A stretch of 64,000 bases of DNA. Origin: the human T2T-CHM13v2.0 reference genome, Homo sapiens. Positions within the stretch are counted from its first letter, which is position 1; each line of letters starts with the position of its first letter. The stretch lies in the NCBI RefSeq assembly GCF_009914755.1, contig NC_060926.1; one strand, given 5' to 3'. Positions 28,080-42,064 of this stretch are shown here, in pieces. The notes beneath the pieces were generated by a model. It was given only the letters and a program-made list of their open reading frames with translations, was not told the DNA's origin and did no database searches. The position numbers and the translations under genes were made by a program.

Positions 28080-29155
28080 GTGGTCATTCGATAGGGTCAG
28101 TAAAATCCGGACTCTGGAAACAAACATACCCAGTTTCTACAACAATGATGCACAAAGAAAAACAAGAGAGATGGAGACAGAACCAAGAGATTAAAAAAAG
28201 ACTTAGCCAACTGCCATGTATGGATCTTATTGGATTCTTTTTTTTTTTTTTTTTTGGATCTTATTGGATTCTAATCAAAGAATAAACTAGTAGAAAATCA
28301 ATTTTTATGAGACAACCTTGGAAAATATGACACTGACAGGATATTTTCTAGTATTAATGAACAATTTATGTTAGGGGTGATAATGTGATTACACACACAC
28401 ATATATTTTTCTTTTCTTAAGTCCTTGCTTTTCAAGAACAGTGCCAAAATATTTCCTAGTGAAATAACATTATGCCTGGAGTTGTTTCAAAATAATTTGG
28501 GGTGGGGAAATGGATAGGGCCTATATATATACGAAATACTATCAGCCATGGATTGTGGATAATCGCTGAAGCTTGATGATGGATATGCAGCAGTTCATCT
28601 TACTAGTCTGTCTCCTTTTGTAATGCTTGAAAAATTCCATAATGAAAACATTTTTAAATTACAGATGAACATACCATTTTCTCTTTACCCAGCATTTCCC
28701 TTTATAGGAAATTATCTTGTAGATATACTTGCTCCTGTGTAAAACGATAGACACACAAGAGTAGTCATTGTAGAATTGTTTGTAATAGAAAAATACTGGG
28801 CCATGTTATGTGTTCGTCAACAAGGGCTTAGTTAAATACAGTATGGTGCATTTTAGAATTATTTACATATGCGGCTGTTAAAATGAACGAGGTAACTATA
28901 TTTACTGATTTGGCATGATCTCCAGGATAAATCAACTGAGAAAAATAAAAGTAGAGAACACTTTGTAGGTAGAAACCAACCATTTGTGTTCATGAGCAAA
29001 GAAAGGACGGGGGAAGACAATGTATATTTATAAGCGGTTGCTTCTGGGGAGATCTGAGTGGCTAGGGGTCATGGGGTGGAAAGGAGATTAATTTTTACTG
29101 TACACATTTTTATTTCTTGTAAATTTTGAGCTATGTTAATGTACTCATTCAAAAA
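28080..29155 (+). mobile_element. Old L1MC/L1ME 3' fragments
   Basis: Degenerate L1M 3'-end motifs; boundaries approximate. Confidence 0.6.
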
Positions 29156-29159
29156 CTAA

Positions 29160-29434
29160 ATATATATATACACGAATATATACATATATACGTATATATA
29201 CACGAATATATATATACGTATATATACGTATGTATGTACATATACATGTATATATGTGTATATATACGTGTATATATACACGTATATATACATATATACA
29301 TATACACATATACACACATATACACATGTATGTATATGTATATATGTATCTGTATGTATATATGTATATATATGTGTATATATGTATATATATGTGTGTA
29401 TATATATATGTGTGTGTGTGTATATATATATGTA
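29160..29434. repeat. Compound (TA)n/(CA)n/(TG)n microsatellite, ~275 bp
   Basis: Seen directly; occupies the tail position of the adjacent Alu. Confidence 0.95.
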
Positions 29435-29717
29435 TTTGAGATGGAGTCTTGCTCTGTTGCCCATGCTGGAGTACAGTGGCGCTGTCTTGGCTCACTGAAA
29501 CCTCTGCCTCCCAGGTGCAAGCGATTCTCCTGCCTCAGCCTCCTGAGTAGCTGGGACTACAGGCATGTGCCACCACACCCGGCTAATTTTTTATAATTTT
29601 AGTAGAGACGAGGTTTCATCATGTTAGCCAGGATGGTCTTGATCTCCTGATCTTGTGATCCACCCACTTGGCCTCCCAAAGTGCTGAAATTACAGGCGTG
29701 GGCGACCATGCCTGGCC
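29435..29717 (-). mobile_element. Alu (AluSc/Y-like)
   Basis: Reverse Alu; TSD CAAAAACTAAATAT encloses the Alu plus the microsatellite. Confidence 0.93.
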
Positions 29718-32589
29718 CAAAAACTAAATATATTTTAAAAATAAAAGCAACAGACTCCTTTAAGGAAAATAGGAAACAAATTTGTTAAACTGATATTAAT
29801 AGTAAGTCAAAGGAGGATGGCAAGAAATTGAGGAGGGGAATGCAATTTCTGGGTTTAATGACATATGCTTTCATGAGCAATTCCATCGAAGGACAAAGTA
29901 TTAAAAACAAATTTTCATGAGACAATCTAAGAAAATATGTTTTGAAAAGTTCCATCCATCTTGTACATCATTATATTCCTAGGACCTAATTAATTATAGA
30001 GCATGGCACATAGTATGTGCTTAATAAATATGTGTATTGAATAAGTGACAGATCACAGAATTGTTTGTGACAAGTCTTTCACTATAGAAAGCGTAATGCT
30101 GTCTATGGCAGCATAGCTTGATCTTTGAAGTCAAGCCAGGATTTGAATTTCTGTTCTATCTATGACTACTATGATCTCCAGTAACTACAAAACTTCCCTA
30201 ACCCTCAGTTTGCTAGTTTGTAAAATGGGCTAATAACATATAGTCTGTGAAATTGTGGCGAAGGCCTTTTGAGATGCACATAAACCACTTAGAACTATTA
30301 ACACATTACTTGGCATGAAGTAGGCCCTTTGTAAAGTCCTCTGTTTTATTCAATGGCAAAGGGGAAATTAATCCAGAATAAGAAGGAAATGGACTGAACT
30401 CCCACCAGAAGAAGAATTAAGGTTCAGATCCTGTTCAGATCCTGTTTCTTCTTGAGAGAAAACCTCTCTGCTATGGATAAAAGGCTAGTTCATGGAAGAA
30501 AATAAAAACAAGAAGTACTATTTCCTGGGGAAAGGATCAACGGTGACTGTGATCAGTTATTCAAGTTCTTCTTTTGTTTATTCCAATTATCCTGACATTC
30601 CTTCTTGAGACAACACTGCCCATAACGTTTTCCCGTCTCTCCTGTAGGTGGGCTTCAGGGAGAGGCACAGCTAGGAAGGGAGGAAAGAGAGGAAAAGACT
30701 TCCTGCGGCTAGCAGGTCTCAAAGCCTTGTCCCAGAGTGCAGCAGGATCCCCTGCAAACCTGTTAGAAGTGCACATTCTCAGGCCAGCTCCTGCTTTAAC
30801 ACGCCCTCCAGGTGATTCTGATGACTAAAGGTGATTTGAAGTAAAATAAATACCACTTAGGGCTTCCAACTCTGGACTCGGTAATTTACCAGAAACCTAC
30901 GAAATGTCAGTTTAGGGCGTGGGGGAGGGACAGGGAAATAGAGATAGACTAAACATAGACTAGACTCAGGAACTCTAAAATCCAGTTGGAAGTATTACTT
31001 CCTCTGTCAGTTACTTCACTCAGGGAAGCAGGAGGTAGAAGTTTGAGCCAGGAGGTAGAAGTTTCAGCCAGTGGGTCTGAGCTGTACAAATGCTGAAATT
31101 TCATTCTCTGGGAGAGGCCAAAGAAAGGCAGGGCTTCTAGGCGTGTGCTCGCAACTGCCACCCTGTGGTGGGGTCGTGGGGGGGAGGCTGGTGGGCTAGA
31201 CCCATCTGTGCAGGGGCCAACAGTAGCCTCCTACCCGGATGGGGGCTACCCCAGGGGGATTAGGATGAGCTCACCATTACCAGGTAGAAAGTGAACACAG
31301 GAAAACATGAGCTGGAGGTCAGACCGCCCTATGTTCGTTACCCTAACTGACCACTGCCATCAAGATTGTTAAGCATTTTGTCACCGTTAAAGGATTTCAC
31401 ACAAGCTGTTCCTCCCACTCAAACCTTGGCCAGGAAACTGGTGGATGATTTGCCCTTGATTCAGAGGCAATCATTCTTAATTGCCTCACATGGTTGGAAG
31501 GTGAGTAAGTGTCTAAGATCATAAATGCTGGCGGGAAGGGGTCAGGAGTGATCAAACCAGCACCCCTCCTGGCAGTGGGGTCAGGAGGCAAGTCCCTGCA
31601 TGCCTTCCCATGACACAGTACCAGATCCCAGGGTGGTGGCACAGAAAGCTGGATTCACTTTTTCTGGAAACACTATTTGCCCGGATCCAGCAGGGAAGTC
31701 TATGAAAGATGACTCTACGGGCAGGGTATGCACCTGCCTGTGCCCGTGAGCTGGGTGCAGTTGTGACGGGAGACCCAAGGGCCTCCAGCAAACAGGAGGA
31801 ACTTGATCTGGTTACAGGAACGATCTTGCAGGATCCAAACTTTGTTTCTCTGCCTGTCAGACTTTCAGGAAAAGCTCAGCTTTCCACAAAGGGCAAGCTC
31901 TTTTCCTTTTCTTCTCCCTTCTGCCATGCTCTGGTTAGGAGGGAAAATGATTGGCTCTTTCTTGAGATACACAATTTCCATATCCCATTTCTTCCCTCTC
32001 TCCTTTTTCACAAACTATTTGTTGGATATAAATAATCAGTGTTTAAAGCCTCAAAACATGCCTGACTTTTAGCCAAATCCACAAACAACTCCATGATTCC
32101 GAGTTTCCCATCCTTGGTTAGAGTTTATTTGGAGCGTCGGATACAGTTTCCACTGTGGCTTTGATACCTCTTTAAGAAAGACTCTGTTTGGTACATTAAT
32201 GACGAATAGAATGAAACTATTCACACCCATAGTTCATTTGGGCCAGTAAATGTTGCTGGATGGTTTCAGATGAAAAGTATTTGTAAGGTAGACTCTGAAA
32301 AACTTTGCTTCTTATTTGAGATCTCTTTGTCTCTGATTTCAGTCCTTTTCAGGAGCAATCCATTCACTTCTCTGCCTGCCTTCTCTTAGAGTTTTACTCT
32401 TTTTTTCCTCTGTCAATGATTCCAAAATCCATTTAAAGGAAGTATTAATGTCTAAAGTCTGTGCAAACCTGGCAAAATTCTCTTTTGAGTGAACGGTTTG
32501 CTTCCCTAAAATACCTCAAATGGGAGATTCTTCCAGGCATTTCTGAAATGGGGGAGTCTCATGCCTCACTTGTTCCTCAGAATGTTTAT

Positions 32590-32748
32590 GTTATTTTATT
32601 TGAGACAGAGTCTTACTCTGTCACCCAGGCTGGAATGCAGTGGAGCAATCTCCGCTCACTGTAAACTCTGCCTTCCCTGATTCAAGTGATTCCCCTGCCA
32701 TGGCCTCCCAAAGTGCTAGGATTACAGGCGTGAGCCACCATGCCTGGC
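32590..32748 (-). mobile_element. Single-monomer Alu (internally deleted or FRAM-like)
   Basis: Right-arm 3' part fused to left-arm 5' part; TSD-like GA(A/G)TGTTTAT. Confidence 0.8.
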
Positions 32749-34287
32749 AAGAGTGTTTATTTTAAACCACACCAAGATCTGTTATTCTTTGTGAATTAAC
32801 TTTATGAGTCAACATTAAAAATTTGAAATCCCAAGTTCTCTCTTCACTGCCACCAAGGTCGTTTTGTGCTATTTCCACTTTGATTAGGGTCATTAACAGA
32901 AAATCCCAATAGTCTAACTAGAAAGAGCCTGGACTGGCCAGGCTCTAGGAGGCAGGGGGTGAACCCCAGGTCCAGGAGCTCCTATGGAGCAGTGTATGTG
33001 GCCACAGGTAACACCCTTCACCTTTGTATGTCTTCTTTACATTATCTGTGAAATAAAGAATGTACCACCTCTCTTCTTCCTTTAAAGAGTTATTTCACAT
33101 TATCTAGTTTTTCCTCAAGCCACTTTTATGGCTAATTGACAATTGAGAATGTCTCCTGTGGCTAATTCTGCCCCATGGTACAGATTTGTGTGTGATGAAA
33201 ACCTATGCTTTAAGTTCTAGAGAGCATGTTTAGGAATACCTTTCACCTATTTCAGAAGGTACTTTAAAATTGGACCTGGGAGTCATGACAGAGCTTCCTG
33301 GAACAACCAAGCATCTTTCTCCATCCTTGCAATAGTAGTTGACTGCTGAAGTACCAGAAACAGATTTTCTAAAATATCTGACCTTCAGCATCTCCTGGCA
33401 GGACTGTTTGGCAAAAATAAAAAAACCTTCAAAAATTCTGGGCCATCCTAACACTATAAATATACTTGGAATCGTGTGTACAGTCAGAGATGCTGAGCAA
33501 TTACTCCTCAGTAAGACCAGAGGAGTCATTGTCTCCACGGAGGGCCGGAGGGGTTCCAGCGGTGAATCACCATCAGATATCTGAACTATTCATGTAGCCA
33601 TCTTTAAACTCGAGGGCTTTTTCTTATCTTTTTTTTTTTTTTTTTGGCCTTCCTTTTGATAACTTGAAATTCAATTTCCATTTGGCACATGGCTGTAATG
33701 TAATCTAGCTCCCCAGCCATTGCTAACACTTTCTGGACTCAGTTCTCTGTCTCACGCTCTTTGCATGGAGGGTCTGTCTGTATTGCTGTATTGCTTCTGG
33801 TCCCTTGAATTTCCAGGTCAGGGTAGAAGCAGATGGAAAGAATGCTTGAGAGGTTTTCTTTTTCTAAGAATATGTTTGGAAAATGATGAGGTCAGGAAAG
33901 CAGACACTGCAATCCTGCGCAGGAGAGAGTCTTTGAGAGCCCTCGCTGCTCACTCTCTTTGCACCTCACATGTTCTACCTGCGGCCAGTGAGGGGAGAGC
34001 CTTTCATCCTGTGACTGCTGGAACTCCCTTCCTCACTCTCTTCTGCCTGGTGGACTCCTGTTTATCCTTAGACCAAATAAGGTATCCCAACTAGGAAAGC
34101 TGCATGGATAGCCATCATAGCCTCATTTTTGACCAGTCCACTCCTTCTTTCCCATGTTTATAACAACAGAGGAGACTGTGAGCTCCTTAGGGGCAAGAAC
34201 TGAGACATTTGAATCTGTGTTCACAGCACTTTGCAGCTTGATCAGTATTACTGAATTTAATTCAGTTTTCTTGAAAATGCCTAAGCT

Positions 34288-34636
<349 letters not shown>

Positions 34637-37600
34637 CTATATGACCCTGCTCAGAACAAACACATCAAGCCCATTTCCCATTTAGGCAGTCGAGTTATCT
34701 GGGCTTTGCACCGAGATCCAGTTGGCAAATAACTTGAATTAAAGCAAAGCCAAGAGCTTGGCCTTCCAGATATCAGCAGATGCAAACTTGGGAATCTCTG
34801 CCTGAATTAAAGGAAGTAACCCCCAGGTTACAGCATCCGCAGATACAATGAAGAGCTGAAAATGAGGCTGCAGGGAAGTGTGCATGTGGACGTTCTTGGG
34901 ATGGTGCTTCTCTCTCAGAGTCCAGCTTTTCTTTGCTAGTGAGGGGCTTCTTCTCCTGCCCCAATCCTCCCCCCGCTGCCACCACCACCACCAGCCTAGG
35001 CCTTAATCGCAGAGAAGGCCACTCATTGAGGGACTTCCTTGAAATCTGCATCCTGCAAACGGAAGCCACCATCTTAATTTTTAGGAGTCTATCTGGGGAA
35101 TTCATGGCTTTAGTTTCTGCTTGAAGCTTGTTGATTTTCTATCAAATGCTTTAAAAAATTTCTGTCTGCATAAATGGTAACATACAAAGTTAAACAAAAA
35201 TTCTGTCTCCCACAGAAATTCCATAAAGGTTCTTTCATCTCTACCAGCATGAGCATGTCTCATTTGTGGAAGCAGGCCTACTTGCCATGACAACAACTAT
35301 TCTGTGGCTTTGCAGAGGTACCCTCACAGTTGCAGTGTGCTTTTGCTAGGCAGCCGGCAGAGATGGCCCACATATGACCACTGCCTTTCAACCCTACCTG
35401 TTTTAAGGTGGACTCACTTGGATTGAGAAACTGGTATTTTCCCCTCACTTGCACGTATTTTGGATGTATAAATATTTTCAAAAGATAAGTTTGACTAATA
35501 CATGCACACCTTCCTTGACTATCACCATCCAAACCCACAGAGATGACTGGGAATTTCCAAGTCATGTAATCCTAATGTTGATTTGAGCATCCACAGCCTG
35601 TCTTAGAACACTTTCCAACCAAGACTGGAACCAGCACTTTGGCACTTGCAGAATCACAGCCTTCCCTTCACAGCCTTCCCTTACGAGAAGTACGGCTTCA
35701 CCCAGCCAGTTGGCTTTGTATCGAGAATTCATTTATTTTGGACAGGTCACTCTTCCTCACTTACAACTGGCACGTGGATGCAGAGAAAGGACAGCAGCTC
35801 CTGGCTGGAGCAGAACTAATGGGGCAGACAGTTAGTGAGCATACACATGATGGCCCTGATCCTAGATGCAGAGTTTGGAGGAGCAATCTTTCGTCATCAC
35901 TACTACCACCATGATTGCCACTATGATGTTCATCTTATTTATTAGCATATTTTGACTGCTGATAGGGTGACATTTTTGGTATAGGAAGGTGAGATCCAGA
36001 GTGGATCTTACTCTTAGAGTCTTGAAAGATTACTTTCTTCCCCTTTCCGTCTGAAGCTCTCAGAAGACAGGCAGTTTCAGAGGGACCCTACATCCAACGT
36101 GATGTAGCAGGCAGCAGAGCAAGGGCAGAGGGGAGACCAGGCTGAGCCAAGGCAGCACCAGGTCATGGTGTCCTCTCTGTGGGTGCAAGAAAGCAGCAGG
36201 AGGTGGGGGTAGGAATGGCTGAGAGAGGGTGTTGTGGCCCAAAGAAGGAGAAAGCCTTCATGCTTTGAGGCTTTAGCTCACAGAGAGGGAACCTCAGAGA
36301 CCAGTTGGGAGGAGCAGGCCCAGTGAGAACAAAAGGAGACCCTCTGCAGGAAAAATGGGCAAGTGAGGGAAAGAAAGAGACTATGGGGAGAGCAAGCCAA
36401 AGGAAGTTTTTGTTGGGGAAATATTCAAGGAGTCTGCACTTGGCAGCTGTGCAATTTATATGTGCAAACAAGGGCGCTGGGTGTAATTCACCTGCTGATT
36501 TCTGGGAGTCGGGAATCATTTTAGAGGAAGAAGCTGAAGTTGCCCCCAGAAGTCTCCCATGATGCTCATGTGTGGCTGTGGCTATTCTAAGTAGGCCCTG
36601 GCATTGCAAGCCCAGCAAGATAGCCAGATAGGGAAGGATAGGGGAGATTTGCCAGCTCTTTAGGTCAGCCCCCAAGTTAATAGTAAATTTTACATTTTTG
36701 TGCCATAAAGGCATTAACATAATTAACAGCTTGGTGCCAGTTTAAATATGCGTATGTGCTTAGGATCAATGCTACCATTTTGATCATTGTTTGAGAGAAT
36801 CCCATTTCTGATGTGTTAGTAAATAATATGATATTATTGTTCACATGCCCATCTAGGCTCTTTGTCCCAGAAAGAGGATGCGAAGGGGTGATATAAAATC
36901 CACCTTGGAGCCATCTCAGGGCTGGTTGTTCTTGATTCCTCTGAAGACCTGGAGCTGCCTGTGTGAATCAGACTGGAAAAACACGTGGCTGCACTTTTCC
37001 ATGAAGTAGGTAACAAAGCCACAGTTCATGCCTGGGAAACTTGCCCTAGCATCTCCGCCAGGAGAGCAAGCCGACTCATGCCTGGACTCCCACACGAGGG
37101 CCAGTGCCAAGTACGCTGGAATGAAGGGACACTGCCAAGGATCAGGAATACCAGGAGCTCAGCCCACTTACCAGGCTGAGCTGGGGATGCTGAGATTACT
37201 GTGCACACTCAGGCAGAGCTGGAAGCTGAGTCTGCCATCCAGAAGGCTGGACCCAGACAGAGTTCAGGGATCACACCAGAATCGGGACACAGGAGAAGTT
37301 TGCTAACCTAGGTCCAACCCAGAATCAGATTCAGATTCAGAGCAGGAGGTCAGCAGGACAGCTTTGTCCCCCAAAAGGAATCAGGCGGAGGCCGGAGAGG
37401 CAGCTTGCCAGCTAGGAGAACACCTGAGCAGTCTTAAACCCAGGCAGGTTACTGGCAGTTGCTTCACCTTCTAGTGGCCTCACTTGCACACCAGCTTTCC
37501 CCAAGCAGATAACCCCACATAGCTGCAAAATGAATTATTTTCTCTTGTCTGCTTCTAGAGGGTCCATGACCATTCTATTGGCAGTTGGAGAGGTGAGAGT

Positions 37601-38760
37601 TAAACTGAATGTGAGCCTGTGTCAGGGGCCATGACCCATTTTAATGGAGGGTCTCTAACAGCACCAGTCTCTCGGTAGATATCACTCGAATGGTGCTAAG
37701 CTACCTACTAGCAGATTTAGCAGGGTGATGCCTTTTGAAGTCTAAAGTTTTGACTGCTAATCTCTGGGAAACATGTCACATCGTATGCTATTATTTGGTG
37801 GTGGTGTCCAAAACCAACACATTGGTCTTTCTCAGACGAGAAGGATTCTTGGCACAGGCAAGCAGAGGGAAGTGTGTGGTATGTGCGTCTTCCTGTATCA
37901 GCTTGTGTTTCTCTTATGCTGGAGACCTGAGGTGTCCACACTGGTGGAAAAAAAATGCTGCCAGATTTAAGGTGAGGAGCAATGGCATGAGTAATCCTTT
38001 CAGATAGAAGTTAGCAGTGCTGGACCTTGGAGGTTGCAGTTACAGCTGCCAACATTCGAAAATGGACTTAGTTATTTTAGGAAGCCAAGTGCTGCACATA
38101 GAGCCAACCTCAGTTGAGATGCCTTGGGACCAGTACATAGAAGGTGTTTAAGATTCTACAGTTCCATTTCATCCTTTACAAAATGTCCACCCTGAATCTA
38201 CAGCTTGCTTATTGAATCTTTGTGAAATTTGAAGGGGAGAGGGAAACAGTAATATGACCCAACATAAGAGAAGTACCAGCGAGCCTCTGTGGACACAGGT
38301 GTGTGCATAACCACCATCGCTCTAATCCTTAGGTTCATTCTTTCTCATTTCAGTCAAAAAACTGATTCTAAAATTAAGGCAGACTGACACCCACTGCGTC
38401 CTAAACTGTAGATGCATTAAAGGTTATTAGCACAATTTCCTAGTATTATCTTTGAGTTTGTTTTAAAAAGTAACTTTTTAAGATAAAGACAAATTGTAAC
38501 TTTAGAAAGAATACTATGAACTGTCAATTCTGTCACATACTGAGCAAATTTTAAAAAAAAGTATAATGTACAATTTTTTTTTCTCATTCTTTTTCAAGCA
38601 CAGCTTGATAAACCTTGTCTCTTACTCCTGGTTTTAGATGGAATTCTTCTTTCCTACTCACCCAGAATCCTCATCTTTGAAATGATGAATTTGTAAATGG
38701 TCCTGAACTTAGGGTTTTTTTTTTTTTTTTTTTTTTTTTGACTTTAAAAGTTCTCATGGT

Positions 38761-39008
38761 TCCCAGCACTTTGGTAGGCCGAGGCGGGCGGATCACTTGA
38801 GGTCAGGAATTCAAGACCAGCCTGACCAACATGGTGAAACCCTGTCTCTACTCAAAATACAAAAATTAATTGGGCATGGTGGTGAGCTCAGAAGGCTGAG
38901 ACAGGATAATGGCTTGAACCCAGGAGGCGGAGGTTGTGGTAAGCCGAGATCACGCCAGTGCACTCCAGCCTGGGCAACAGAGCAAGACTCCATCTCAAAA
39001 AAAAAAAA
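38761..39008 (+). mobile_element. AluS, partial
   Basis: Alu body with 5' truncation and a small internal deletion. Confidence 0.9.
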
Positions 39009-39237
39009 GTTCACATGGCATCCTTCTCCTAGTAATTGGATTGAGTAGAGAGCCCGAGGGAAACTATTGAGCAGAAACTTGTTGATTGCTAAGTGACTCA
39101 TCCTCACAATGCCACCAAGATGAATAAATCTCACTCCATCCCTTCTAAGGGTTAAAGTCCAGTGTGACCAGAAGGGAGGGAGCCAGCTGAGTAAAGATGA
39201 AACTCCAATAAGTTCCGGTCAAGGTTAAGATATGAAA

Positions 39238-39490
39238 GTATACCCCACTTCTGGGTATATATCTAAAAGAATTGAAAGCAGGGTTTGGAAGAAATACCTG
39301 CACACTCATGTTCATAGCAGCATTATTCACAATAGCCAACAGGTGGATGCAGCCCAGGCTTCCATAGATAGGTGAATGCGTGAACAACATGTAGTACATC
39401 CATACAATGGAATCTTATTCACACTTAAAAAGGAAGGACATTCTGACACATGCTCCAACAGGGATGGACCTTGAGGTCATTATGCTAAGC
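39238..39490 (+). mobile_element. L1M fragment
   Basis: CTTCTGGGTATATATCTAAAAGAATTGAAAGCAGGG... L1 ORF2-end sequence. Confidence 0.8.
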
Positions 39491-40667
39491 TTGAATGAGA
39501 ATTGCTTGAACCCAGAAGGCAGAGGTAGCTTGGATAACCAAAAGGTATAATCATCAGGAAAATAGAAAAAAACAAACTGGTGGTGGAGGATGAATTCAAT
39601 TTTGACTTATTGAAACAGAAGCAGTTTGGGGACAGCCATCCAAATAGAAAATTTTCCCAAACTTGTAGAAGGATGAGATTCAGGGAGAAGGTTGGAGCTG
39701 ATGGTATGAACATAGGGGTCATTAGCCAAATGGTAGGTAAAAACCAGTAGAGCAAAAGAGCAAATAAATAAACCAGGAGAGTGAGTGAGGTCGTGCAAGA
39801 AAGCACGTGGATGGTTAGGAGTGGGTCGAAGGTCAAGCTCCAGGGGAGCCTAAGGTTTAGGGGGCAGCATCCGCAGAGGTGGCTGAGAAGGCAGCGTCAA
39901 GGAAGGATGAGGAGAAAGAGCCAGAGGCGGGGGCAGTGAAGCCAGTGACTGACACAGCCGAGGAGCAGTGGCCAGGGGGTGCTGAGAGTGTGTTGCACGT
40001 GGCAGCACAGTGGCTGTTGGTGACGTCTGAATGTGATCAGTGGCATGATGGGGACAGAAGCACATTGCAGTGGGCTGAGGGTCAGTGACAATGGAGGGTG
40101 TGGAGACGGTGATGTAAGAGGTCTGATGGGAAAAAAAGGAAGAAATTCCACGTAGCTCAGTAAGGAAACTGAGGCCCAGAGAGGGCAAATAATGTACTCA
40201 AAGTCAGAGTTAATGGTGTAGAAGGACAGGATGCAAATGAGGACAGCGTGTGACTGGTGTGACTGCTCACGTTTCCTGGTTCCATCCCTTCCACCAGGCT
40301 GCCTCCTGAAGCAAGGCAGTGATCAGTTTCTGAGCTCTCATGACCCATCTTCATAGCGTCTCCTTCTCAACCAGCACAAGAAATACAATAGTCAAAACAG
40401 AAAGGCAAAGCCTCTCTGCAACCCTCTTCCCTATTTCTTCACTCTCCTGACAAAAAGGGACTGAAAAATTTCCAAAATCAAGAAGCATAAAGCCTGATTT
40501 CTTTTTCTAGTCAGACTAACGAAACGATTTATTTTCTTTCCACTCTCTTTTAAAGAAAAGAGGAACAGCACCGCTCCCTGGAGCTATTCTAGCAGTTAAC
40601 AACAAAGCTAAGCACTACTTACCACAGAACTTTGTAAGATATCAGAAAAAAAAAACAGTTTACAAAA

Positions 40668-40956
40668 ATTTTTTTAGAGGCAGGGTTACCCGGGCTGGAG
40701 TACAGTGGCATGATCACAGCTCACTATAACCTCAAGTTCCTGGGCTCAGGTGATCCTCCCACCTCAGCCTCCCGACAAGCTGGGACCACAGGTGCTCCAC
40801 CACACCCAACTAATCTTTTTTTAATTTTTGTTTTTATAGAGACAAGGTCTTGCTATGTTGCCCGGGCTAGTCTTGAACTCCTGGCCTCAAGCAATTGTCT
40901 TTCTTTGGCTTCCCAAAGCCCTGAGATTACAAGTGTGAGCCATCACGCCCAACCCC
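40668..40956 (-). mobile_element. AluJ-like
   Basis: Diverged reverse Alu. Confidence 0.88.
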
Positions 40957-41641
40957 AAGCTGTTTTTCTTCTACTGGATGCTCACAATGCAGAACACTTC
41001 TGTGACCCCAGATGGGGGTAATTTTCCCTCCATATACCAAGCAATTCTGCAAACGATTCTCTAGAAGACACCAGCTGGGTGTCCTCAAATTCAATTCTGA
41101 CACTATCTACCTGGAGTTAGATCCCACAGGATGAGGGCTCAGTCCCACAAGACTGCCACTCTGTACTTCAGATGCCGCTTGCAAATAGTAGGTTGTCACC
41201 TATACTTCTGACCAACAGGCTATTAGTTGGGGAGGGGGTCCTAGAACCCCTCCTTGGCTTCCATTAATTTGGTAGAGCAGCTCACAGAACTGAGGGAAGC
41301 ACTTTATTAATATTTACCATGTATTATGAAGATATTGTGAGGGATACAGAACAAAGCATGGGGAAAGACACGTGGAGCTTCTGTTTCCTCCTTGGGGTCA
41401 CCACCCTCCAGGAACCTCCCTATGTTCAACCATCCGGACACCCATCTGAACCCTGCCCTTTAGGGTTTTCATGGAGGCTTCATTGCATAGGCATGATTGA
41501 TTAGACCATTGGCCACTAGTGATCAACTTAACCTTGAGCCCCTCTGCCCTCCTGGGAGGTTGGCGTTGGGGCTGAAAGTCCCAACCCTCTAGTCATGCCT
41601 TGTTCTTTCCAGTGACCAACCCCCATCCTGAAGCTAGCTAG

Positions 41642-42064
<423 letters not shown>

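Noticed and set aside
29126-29596. Tyr/Ile/His-rich ORFs
   Set aside because: Translations of the microsatellite and Alu.
31495-31510. Strong plus-strand donor GAAG|GTGAGT suggesting an antisense exon
   Set aside because: A single motif with no supportable acceptor or promoter; expected by chance in 64 kb.
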